From an uncultured Chloroflexota bacterium (GTDB lineage: Bacteria; Chloroflexota; Dehalococcoidia; UBA2979): 64,000 nucleotides of DNA. Where the stretch lies: contig CAJXBM010000003.1 in the NCBI GenBank assembly GCA_913051185.1, forward strand, positions 121-64,120, written 5' to 3'. This document shows positions 56,181 to 64,000 of the stretch, piece after piece. Both the position numbers and the translations under genes were made by a program. A model generated the notes under the pieces. The model did no database searches. It was not told where the DNA came from and worked only from the letters and a program-made list of their open reading frames with translations. Positions within the stretch are counted from its first letter, which is position 1; each line of letters opens with the position of its first letter.

Positions 56181-57335
56181 CTATCTTTTTTCGATTGGTA
56201 CATATTCTCTATGAGCTTCACCAGTGTAGATTTGTGTCGGTCGATAAATGCGATTCCCACTTGCCCATTGTTCTTCCATGTTCGCGACCCAGCCTAGAGT
56301 TCTTCCGGCCGCGAAGATTGGCGTAAAGAGCTCAACTGGTATACCAATAGCCGCAAAGACACATCCACTGAATAAGTCGACATTTGGGAATAATCCTCGA
56401 TCGCCTAAACGAGCAGTGGCAACTTCCTCAACTGAGAGCGCGATTTTATAATAATCATCAACTTTTGAATTCGCCTCAATGATGTCGGAGGCAAGTCGTT
56501 GAATAACTTCCGATCGTGGATCCTTGACACTGTATACACGATGGCCGAAACCTGGAATTTTGAACTTATCGTCTAATTTTTTACCGATTTCAACTTCTGC
56601 GTTATTCGGGTCTCCAATTTCCATGAAAAGTCTTAGGGAGCCTTCATTTGCGCCACCATGAGCCGGACCAGAAAGTGCCCCAATTGCAGCAGAAACCACG
56701 GCCTCAGGCTCAGCCTTAGTTGAGGTCACCACCCGTGAGGTGAAAGTCCCAGCATTGCCTGCAGAATGATCTGCCTGGAGCGTCAACAGCTGGTTCATTA
56801 CATCCACATGTCCCTCTGGATGACTCTCATTTCCGGTAATCATTCGCAGGAGCATCTCCGCATGCGATTCGTCATCGCGGGGTCCGGCATAGGGTCGATC
56901 CGTATAAGCCTGGGCAACGACGCCAACTGCTGTCGCTACTTTCGCAACAAGAGCAAGCGAGCGGTCGCGGATGGAATTAATTTTTGGTTCGAAGTCGTTA
57001 TCTTTAGGCCCAAGAAGTGCTATCGCCGCCTGTATCGCGAACATTGGGTGTGTATTTTTTGCGATACTTCTTATTATTTCAACAACTTCGTCACTGAGAT
57101 TGCGTTCTCTTTTTAAAATAGAGCCAATCTCGTCAAGTCTGGTTCGACTTGGTAATTCACCATCAAAAAGAAGAGCGACGGTTTGTTCAAACGTCGCTCC
57201 AGGTAGAGTGAGGTCTTCAATTGAATAACCCCGATAGGTCAGGCGACCAGCTTGTCCTTCAACCAATGATAAAGAAGACTCGCAGATAGGAACGCCCTCA
57301 AGCCCTGGGCTGTAACTAGGTGAGCCAGTTGTCAT
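56181..57335 (-). CDS. gltA: Citrate synthase (or 2-methylcitrate synthase) family enzyme
   Basis: About 384 aa. Motifs GFGHRVY and LSGPAHGGANE. I prefer ATG 57335 (MTTGSPSY...), which has AAAGGA 7 nt upstream, over the TTG at 57353. Confidence 0.88.
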   Translation of the reverse strand: MTTGSPSYSPGLEGVPICESSLSLVEGQAGRLTYRGYSIEDLTLPGATFEQTVALLFDGELPSRTRLDEIGSILKRERNLSDEVVEIIRSIAKNTHPMFAIQAAIALLGPKDNDFEPKINSIRDRSLALVAKVATAVGVVAQAYTDRPYAGPRDDESHAEMLLRMITGNESHPEGHVDVMNQLLTLQADHSAGNAGTFTSRVVTSTKAEPEAVVSAAIGALSGPAHGGANEGSLRLFMEIGDPNNAEVEIGKKLDDKFKIPGFGHRVYSVKDPRSEVIQRLASDIIEANSKVDDYYKIALSVEEVATARLGDRGLFPNVDLFSGCVFAAIGIPVELFTPIFAAGRTLGWVANMEEQWASGNRIYRPTQIYTGEAHREYVPIEKR

Positions 57336-57579
57336 ATTGATTCCTTTCATCAATCAAACCGCAGTTAACATGAGGCAGCAGACCGATAGGTTTTCGCCGC
57401 CTGTTAGATCGTTAGAGAATGATATCACCCATCGCTGAGCCCTTCTACCACAAAATATTATGACTTCGATTGGGATTTGGGCGTTTTTGTGAGTTAGCAT
57501 GTACTTAGCAGAGCTTGAGCAAACATAATTTTTACGGGGCTCAGGTATTTGTTTACATTGACTGAAAGAGGGAGTGATT

Positions 57580-58311
57580 ATGGCTTCAGGGACAGGACGA
57601 TTTGGTCTTCCAAGAAATGATGAAAATGAAGATCAGACCTCAAATAATTTGGAAGAGATGACTTTGTCCATTAAATCTGCAAAGGCGAGACCAGCAGAAA
57701 TAGAAGGTGAGATGGATGTTCAGCTAGATACATCTCGTGGAGATGTCACGCTACATTTTAGACCTGTAGAGGGTGCGGTAAGTGCGACAGTGTTCGTAGG
57801 CGGTGCTGCGGGTGGGGTTAAAGGTCCAGCTGATGAAGTTTATCTTCGGTTAGCATCTTCACTGGAAATCAATGCGATAGCGGCGATTAGAGTGGAATAT
57901 AGGGAGGCCGGCGAGTTTGAAGAATGCGTTCTGGATACCCTCGCGGCGTGCTCTTTCTTGAAAGGTATAGGGGCGGAGAAAATTATTTTGGTGGGACACT
58001 CATTTGGAGGAGCAGTAGTGATTAAGGCGGCCGCGTTGGCAGAAGCGGTAGTGGCTGTAGGCAGCCTTTCGGCTCAAAGATTTGGAACATCAGAGGTAGA
58101 TGTGCTCAACAAGCCACTATTACTAATTCACGGGTCAGTCGACGATGTTTTGGATAAGGCCGCATCTGAGGATATTTTTAATCGCGCGAACGAGCCAAAA
58201 GAAATAGCGATAATTCAAGGCGCAGGACACGGCCTTAGCGAGGGTGCAGACGATGTGTTTGGCTTACTGGAAACTTTTATTAAAAAGCATGGCGCCGACG
58301 ACGGCAACTAG
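57580..58311 (+). CDS. Alpha/beta hydrolase (dienelactone hydrolase / peptidase S9-like)
   Basis: About 243 aa. Nucleophile elbow GHSFGG, later IHGSVDD and GAGHG. I prefer ATG 57580 over the GTG at 57574. Confidence 0.7.
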   Translation: MASGTGRFGLPRNDENEDQTSNNLEEMTLSIKSAKARPAEIEGEMDVQLDTSRGDVTLHFRPVEGAVSATVFVGGAAGGVKGPADEVYLRLASSLEINAIAAIRVEYREAGEFEECVLDTLAACSFLKGIGAEKIILVGHSFGGAVVIKAAALAEAVVAVGSLSAQRFGTSEVDVLNKPLLLIHGSVDDVLDKAASEDIFNRANEPKEIAIIQGAGHGLSEGADDVFGLLETFIKKHGADDGN

Positions 58312-58312
58312 G

Positions 58313-59794
58313 TCACTCATTGGTTGGTGCGGACTTGTGCCAGTCAGTAACACTTTGGTATGCGTGGGCGTAGCCCATTAGATCTGTTTCACCAAAAGCT
58401 TTTCCAATCATCTGGAGGCCGATTGGTAAGCCCTCTGAAAAACCGCAGGGCGTGGAGAGGGCCGGGAGACCGACTATGTTTGCGGGTAACGTGAATAAAT
58501 CGTTGAGGTACATTTCTATCGGATTGTTTATTTTAGAGCCAATTTCGAAGGCTGTAGTTGGCGTGGTTGGCGTGAAAATAGTATCTACTTCATTTAACGC
58601 TGTATTGAATTCCTCTTGAATAACGGTCCGAACCTTCTGGGCCTTTAGATAGTAGGCGTCATAATATCCAGCTGATAACGCATATGTGCCGATCATTATC
58701 CGTCTTTTGACCTCTGGTCCAAACGCTATTCCGCGGCTAGCTGACATAACCTCTTCTGCATTTTTGCCGTCCAGCGCTGAAAACCCGTATTTCACACCGT
58801 CATAGCGTGCCAAATTTGCTGATGCCTCGGATGGCGCTAATAAATAATAAACTGGTAGCGCCGCCTTAATCGAGGGAATAGAAATGTCTCTGTTTATAAT
58901 CGCGCCTCTAGCTTCGAATTCGCTAATTGCCTGCTCAAATAACTCAAGAATATTGTCTTCAACACCTTCTTGTAATAGTTCGCTTGGAATCCCGATTTTG
59001 ACCCCGTCAAACCCTTGGCCAAACGTAGATTTGAAGTTGGGAACAGGCTCATGGGAAGAAGTTGAATCCTTTTCGTCGTGACCAGCTATCACTTGAAGTA
59101 GGTCAGCCATATCATTTGCGTCTCTGGAGAACGGTCCCACTTGATCAAGTGAAGAGGCAAATGCGACTACCCCGAACCTAGACACGCGACCGTAGGTGGG
59201 TTTGAGTCCCATTACACCGCATAAAGCAGCAGGTTGTCGAATTGACCCTCCTGTGTCCGTTCCAATTGAGAGCGGAACCCCTCTCGCCGCAACAGTGGCA
59301 GCAGACCCCCCAGAAGATCCGCCTGGTACTCTCGATAAATCCCACGGGTTGTGAACCTGACCATACGCAGAATATTCATTTGAAGACCCCATAGCAAATT
59401 CATCTAGATTCGTCTTTCCCACGATTACAAGTCCTGCATCCTTTAGCCTTTGCACGACGGTGGAATCCTCAACAGGGATGAAGTGTTCAAGCATTTTTGA
59501 TCCGGCAGTCGTGCGCTGGCCGGCAGTATTAAGCAGGTCTTTGACTGCAATCGGTATACCGATCAACGGACCATTTTCACCTGATTTAATACGCTGTGTA
59601 GCATTTTCTGCAGCTGACAGTGCTGCCTCATCAGCGAAGGAAATGAACGCATTGAGATTTTTATTTTGGGATATTATTTTGGCGTTTAAGGCCTTAAACA
59701 AATCCGTGGGTGTGTATGCATTCGATCGGAAATTCACTGCGTGTTGGGCGGCGGTACCACCTATGTCAGAATCGATCATCATGCGGATACCCAT
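58313..59794 (-). CDS. gatA: Glu/Asp-tRNA amidotransferase subunit A
   Basis: Amidase signature GGSSGGSAATVAA. It lies directly downstream of gatC. The start is ambiguous (ATG 59794 or 59782), and the ORF-track start at 59836 would overlap gatC. Confidence 0.9.
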   Translation of the reverse strand: MGIRMMIDSDIGGTAAQHAVNFRSNAYTPTDLFKALNAKIISQNKNLNAFISFADEAALSAAENATQRIKSGENGPLIGIPIAVKDLLNTAGQRTTAGSKMLEHFIPVEDSTVVQRLKDAGLVIVGKTNLDEFAMGSSNEYSAYGQVHNPWDLSRVPGGSSGGSAATVAARGVPLSIGTDTGGSIRQPAALCGVMGLKPTYGRVSRFGVVAFASSLDQVGPFSRDANDMADLLQVIAGHDEKDSTSSHEPVPNFKSTFGQGFDGVKIGIPSELLQEGVEDNILELFEQAISEFEARGAIINRDISIPSIKAALPVYYLLAPSEASANLARYDGVKYGFSALDGKNAEEVMSASRGIAFGPEVKRRIMIGTYALSAGYYDAYYLKAQKVRTVIQEEFNTALNEVDTIFTPTTPTTAFEIGSKINNPIEMYLNDLFTLPANIVGLPALSTPCGFSEGLPIGLQMIGKAFGETDLMGYAHAYQSVTDWHKSAPTNE

Positions 59795-59801
59795 ATATTC
59801 A

Positions 59802-60125
59802 TTAGTCGAGAACCCCTTTGATCCTAATGAATCCATCTTCTATCCGAGGAGCATTTTGGAGGACTTGATTAGGCGAAAGCGGACTTTGAATCTTATCCTT
59901 GCGTAGATTTTGATGGGATTTTTCAAGATCTTCTCTTGCGAGAGTAATCTCTTCCCCGGACACATGTAATGTTGGATTCACCTCACTGGTGTCTACTTCG
60001 TTGAGAGATTCAAAGTGACCAAAAATCAGTGAAAGATCTGCTTGCAACCTAATAGCCTCGGCATCGCTGAGTTGTACTCGAGCCAGTTCAGCCACGTGGA
60101 TCACATCTTCTTTCGAAATTTTCAT
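59802..60125 (-). CDS. gatC: Glu/Asp-tRNA amidotransferase subunit C
   Basis: About 107 aa from ATG 60125 (MKISKEDVIHVAELARVQLSDAE...), a typical GatC N-terminus, and upstream of gatA. Confidence 0.85.
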   Translation of the reverse strand: MKISKEDVIHVAELARVQLSDAEAIRLQADLSLIFGHFESLNEVDTSEVNPTLHVSGEEITLAREDLEKSHQNLRKDKIQSPLSPNQVLQNAPRIEDGFIRIKGVLD

Positions 60126-60205
60126 GGGTCTAGCATACGATCGGGGAGACACTCAATCTAGTCAATCTAGATAGAATTTCCGCGACTTTCAAGAGTTCTA
60201 CAGGA

Positions 60206-61039
60206 GTGGCATACTTAAAGCAGGTTACCCGAACATATGATCATTTAGATATTTTAGGACTGGAAATGGATCAAGCTAACTTTGAACCTGTGGCATCACG
60301 TCGTGGCAACCCATCTTACCTATGGAGATTTGGGCAAGAACGTCGACTAGACTTTATCAGGCCATTTCTTTACAAACCTGACGACTTGATTCTTGACTTA
60401 GGATGTGGTGTAGGCGAATATGTACGCGCGATCAAGTTGACGGGTGCTGAATGTGTTGGAATAGACATTGAACGCCCCCGACTACTCGATGCAACGGCAA
60501 GAGACAAATTAGTGGACGCAAGTGATTTTACGCCGTCTAGTTATTTGCTTGCTGCGAGCGAAGCATTACCTTTCGAGGGTGAGTCATTTGACGCTGTGCT
60601 GATGAATGAAGTGATTGAGCATGTACAAGATGATAAAGAGACTTTACGAGAGATCTATAAAATACTAAAACCAGGTGGTGTTTGCATTCTGTTTGCGCCA
60701 AATAAAGGTTATCCATTTGAAACTCATGGAATTTGGTGGCGAAACAAATATATCTTTGGCAATATTCCAATTGTGAATTGGTTACCTGCGAGACTGAGAA
60801 ATAAGCTTGTGCCACATGCAAGAGTATACGGCCACTTGGAATTTGAATCCTTAATCCAGAATCTTTCCTTCACCATCTTGGACCACTCTTATGTTTTTCC
60901 GGGATTCGACAATATTTATAGGCGATCTAAGGTTTTAGCTAATGTATTGCGCTTTGTCTGTTATCGACTTGAACGAACGCCACTATGTAGGCTTGGGCTT
61001 TCCCATTTCATGGTTTTACAGAAGGAACCTAGGCAATAA
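60206..61039 (+). CDS. Class I SAM-dependent methyltransferase
   Basis: 277 aa with a GTG start. SAM motif I ILDLGCGVGEY and motif post-I VGIDI. The stop overlaps the PBP1A start (TAATG). Confidence 0.75.
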   Translation: MAYLKQVTRTYDHLDILGLEMDQANFEPVASRRGNPSYLWRFGQERRLDFIRPFLYKPDDLILDLGCGVGEYVRAIKLTGAECVGIDIERPRLLDATARDKLVDASDFTPSSYLLAASEALPFEGESFDAVLMNEVIEHVQDDKETLREIYKILKPGGVCILFAPNKGYPFETHGIWWRNKYIFGNIPIVNWLPARLRNKLVPHARVYGHLEFESLIQNLSFTILDHSYVFPGFDNIYRRSKVLANVLRFVCYRLERTPLCRLGLSHFMVLQKEPRQ

Positions 61040-64000
61040 TGGCTTCAAGAATTCGGAAGTTGTTAGCTTTAGAGCGAGCGAATATTTTCTCTCACAAAGA
61101 GAAATCTGTATCGAAGTTATTTTTGGCGCTAATACTCGCTGCGGGTTTTGTAATTTCTATCAGTTTGGTTTTGATGCTCACCGCCAGCTTTCTCGCAAAA
61201 GATTACTATGAAGACGTTTCAGAAAATGTAGTTGAACCTCAATTATTATTGAGCGAATATTCTCGCGGGTCGGCCAAAATCTACGACAGGAATGGTCAAT
61301 TTTTATATCAATTTGTGAGCCCCACTGATGGCCTTCGCCAGCCCGTTCCGCTCTCGGAAATTTCGACCTGGGTTGTGGACGCGACGATATCTGTTGAAGA
61401 CCCGTCGTTTTATACAAATAATGGACTAAACATTACTGGTTTAGTCCGAGCTGCAGTAGAGAATCTACTTCCTTGGTTTAGTTCACGGACTAATCAAGTG
61501 TTGGAGGGATCAGGTGGTTCGTCGATTACTCAGCAGTTGGCGAAGAATATTTATATTCCTGAAGATCAGAGACTCGAGCGAAGCTACACACGAAAATTAA
61601 AGGAAACAGTGGTAGCTCTTGAGCTCACACGTAAGTATCCCAAAGACGACATTTTAGTCTGGTACCTTAATTCAATTTCATACGGCGGACCATATGTGGG
61701 AATAGAAACCGCATCTTTGGCATACTTCGGAAAGGAATCTAGTGATCTGACACTTGCTGAGTCAGCTTTGCTTGCTGGCATTCCTCAGTCACCTGCTTTG
61801 TACGACCCCTTCTCACCGCAGAACTTTGACCCCAGTACCGGACAGCTTGTGTGGGGCTCTCCTGCCAAAGCACGACAATCAGGGGTACTTGATTTGATGG
61901 TCAGGCGCGGTGTGATATCTCGAACTCAGGCTGAAGCAGCAGCTATGGAACCTCTGGAATTCCAAACAGTTGAATTTGATATCGATGCCCCTCATTTTAT
62001 TCTTGGTCGTGTGGCCAATGAGCTCATCGCAAGATTTGGACAAGACTCGCTTTTTAATGATGGTCTTGAGGTGATTACTACTCTTGATATGAAACTACAA
62101 AGAACGACGGAACGTGTTCTTGAATCGACTATAAGCGAGAACGGAGACTCAGCAGGTTTACATAATGGAGCAGTTTTAGTTTTGGATCCTAAAACAGGAC
62201 AAATATTGACGTATGTAGGGTCTCGCGATTATTTCCGAGATGACATCGAAGGTAGAAATGACAACATAATGTCTTTAAATTCACCAGGGTCTACTTTAAA
62301 ACCCTTCGGCTATTTAACAGCGTTTGGTAAGGGTTGGGGCACGCAAACAGCGATATTAGATACACCGTTCTCCTTAGTTGATAGTGAAACTAAGGAAGAG
62401 TGGCGGCCGGTTGATCCACTTTCGTATTGGGCTGGTCCACTTTCTGTGGCCAAATCACTCGGTAATTCGTTGAATGTTAGTGCAATTAAGATGGCCATAT
62501 ATACAGGAGTTCCGGCGTTATTGGAGACGCTTCAGGCAGTTGGCTATACGTCGTTTGATAATCCTCTAGGCTATGGACCTGCTTTAATTACCGGAGGAAG
62601 CGATATTTCGCTGTTTGATCACGTAATTGCCTACAGCGTTCTAGCGAACAAGGGAATAATGCGTGGTCAGGAGCCACAATCTACAGATCTCATGAAGGAT
62701 ATTGGGCGCGAACTGGAGCCTATAACTTTGCTGAAGGTTTCAGATTTCTCGGGAGCTATTCTTCATAATTTTGAGGAGCCAAAAGAGAGACGAATTGTAG
62801 GTGCCGAATACGCATATATGGTCACATCAATTCTATCGAATGGTGAAAATCAATGTTTGGTTTATGCTACGTGCAACCGATTAAAGGTTATCGATGGCTA
62901 TGCAACCGCGGCAAAGACAGGAACAAGTGAACCGTTCGCTCAAGAGAATGTGCCGGGCGAAGATATACAACGCTTGATTGGAGAAACTTGGACCATCGGT
63001 TATACCCCGAACATAGTTGTGGGCGTTTGGGCTGGAAACTCCGACAACTCAATCATAAGAGATATTTATTCAACGACCGTCGCATTCCCAGTTTGGCGCC
63101 AAGTCATGATCAACTCCTTTGAAATTTTAGAGATTCCTCCCGATGATTTTGTTCGTCCTCCAGGCATCTCAGAGGTAGAGGTTTGTTGGCCTTCTGGTCG
63201 TTTGGTCACAGAATATTGCCCTGACTGGAGGAGAGAGAAATCACTTTATGCCACAGAGGTTTTGGAGAGAATCCAAAGAAGTGAACCTACCGTGAATGAG
63301 AGTGTTGTGCTGACACCAACGCCTGTTCCGATTTTTGACGAGGATAAGGAAAAAATCTCTCTCGAGGATTCAGATACTGAGCAATCTGAATTTGTTCCTG
63401 CGACCGACGGGTGGGACGTCGGACTGAATTATGAGTCTGGTTACGATGATTGGTGGAAATTAGTTTTGATTGATCAGCGAACAAACGAAATTGCAAAAGC
63501 AGTTACGCCAGAGCAGTTCATTAAATCTGAGGTTCGATTGGTGCTGCCATGGAACGAGATCTGGGAGTGGGAGGAGATTTTTGAGTGGGCTAGATTGCAA
63601 GGGATTCAGGAATTAATCCCCCGATTTCCCCAGCAAGTCGATATTGAAGCCACTGACATGTCGATGTTTATATCATATCCGGGAGCAAATCAGCAGTTGT
63701 CAGGCATACAGAGAATTAGGCTGAACAATACGTACCCTGACTTTTCAGTTATCAAGTTAGAATTATCAGCTTTAGGTACTAATTCATGGACGCTCCTCAA
63801 AGAGCTACCATTCCAGACTGAGGCTTTTACGGGATTAGATTGGGATACTCGATTGTTTCCGGACGGTTATTATCGACTAAGAGCCAGCATTCTATTACCA
63901 GACAAGAAGTATTCTGAATATCAGATCCCCGTGACTCTCGTGAATGGATTCTCTGGCTTGGGACCATCGATCCAAATTTCTGGAGCAGACTCTTTTTCGG
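61039..64000 (+). CDS. Class A penicillin-binding protein (bifunctional GT51 glycosyltransferase/transpeptidase), 3'-truncated by the window end
   Basis: The frame is open from ATG 61039 to the window end. It is absent from the ORF track because it has no stop in the window. My translation shows a TM anchor, GT51 motifs EDPSFYTNNGLN and GGSSITQQLAKN, and transpeptidase motifs SPGSTLKPF (62281) and AKTGTS (62911). At least 240 aa of extra C-terminal sequence follow. Confidence 0.9.
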   Translation, partial: MASRIRKLLALERANIFSHKEKSVSKLFLALILAAGFVISISLVLMLTASFLAKDYYEDVSENVVEPQLLLSEYSRGSAKIYDRNGQFLYQFVSPTDGLRQPVPLSEISTWVVDATISVEDPSFYTNNGLNITGLVRAAVENLLPWFSSRTNQVLEGSGGSSITQQLAKNIYIPEDQRLERSYTRKLKETVVALELTRKYPKDDILVWYLNSISYGGPYVGIETASLAYFGKESSDLTLAESALLAGIPQSPALYDPFSPQNFDPSTGQLVWGSPAKARQSGVLDLMVRRGVISRTQAEAAAMEPLEFQTVEFDIDAPHFILGRVANELIARFGQDSLFNDGLEVITTLDMKLQRTTERVLESTISENGDSAGLHNGAVLVLDPKTGQILTYVGSRDYFRDDIEGRNDNIMSLNSPGSTLKPFGYLTAFGKGWGTQTAILDTPFSLVDSETKEEWRPVDPLSYWAGPLSVAKSLGNSLNVSAIKMAIYTGVPALLETLQAVGYTSFDNPLGYGPALITGGSDISLFDHVIAYSVLANKGIMRGQEPQSTDLMKDIGRELEPITLLKVSDFSGAILHNFEEPKERRIVGAEYAYMVTSILSNGENQCLVYATCNRLKVIDGYATAAKTGTSEPFAQENVPGEDIQRLIGETWTIGYTPNIVVGVWAGNSDNSIIRDIYSTTVAFPVWRQVMINSFEILEIPPDDFVRPPGISEVEVCWPSGRLVTEYCPDWRREKSLYATEVLERIQRSEPTVNESVVLTPTPVPIFDEDKEKISLEDSDTEQSEFVPATDGWDVGLNYESGYDDWWKLVLIDQRTNEIAKAVTPEQFIKSEVRLVLPWNEIWEWEEIFEWARLQGIQELIPRFPQQVDIEATDMSMFISYPGANQQLSGIQRIRLNNTYPDFSVIKLELSALGTNSWTLLKELPFQTEAFTGLDWDTRLFPDGYYRLRASILLPDKKYSEYQIPVTLVNGFSGLGPSIQISGADSFS

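Noticed and set aside
1-64000. Looked for CRISPR arrays, rRNA/tRNA genes, transposases, integrases, phage genes and long direct or inverted repeats marking a mobile island around the repair locus.
   Set aside because: I recognised none by eye. The only repeated DNA found is an 18-mer shared by the two carboxyltransferase paralogs, which encodes a conserved motif. A computational repeat and tRNA scan would be needed for certainty.

Overview
This is a very compact bacterial chromosomal segment with about 50 protein-coding genes. Intergenic gaps are tiny or overlapping, and several convergent gene pairs have only 1-13 nt between their stops. By eye I found no rRNA, tRNA, CRISPR array, transposase or integrase. 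Most genes are housekeeping: clpC, nudC, the elongasome cluster mreB-mreC-mreD-mrdA-rodA, an erythrin-VIT1 iron exporter, ligA, hisHAFI, rpe-argH-argG, argS, trpS, citrate synthase, gatCA, and a class A PBP that runs off the 3' end. There is also a paralog-rich acyl-CoA toolkit: two crotonases, two biotin-type carboxyltransferases, a mini biotin carrier, a tandem-fused family III CoA-transferase, a class III aminotransferase, a D-2-hydroxyacid dehydrogenase, a Zn-ADH and a PaaI thioesterase. Transporters include a heterodimeric ABC exporter, an ABC-2 pair, an MFS protein and a peptide-type ABC importer with no ATPase genes nearby. The stand-out locus is 23.2-31.9 kb. It holds a NurA-like nuclease plus a HerA-type ATPase with a non-canonical P-loop, then a 591-aa His-rich, internally repeated orphan gene on the opposite strand, then an overlapping SbcD/Mre11 and SbcC/Rad50 pair. 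This resembles the archaeal herA-mre11-rad50-nurA resection module with an extra unknown component, sitting among ordinary metabolic genes. Secondary points of interest are the fused CoA-transferase whose N-terminal half appears to lack the catalytic Asp, a Cas4-like PD-(D/E)XK nuclease translationally coupled to a 78-aa unknown ORF, an M28-like protein with substituted metal ligands, and a 16-bp intercistronic hairpin in the ABC importer operon. The gene content and compaction remind me of marine Chloroflexota (SAR202-like), but that is an unverified impression. All functional calls come from motif recognition by eye, and no database search was run.
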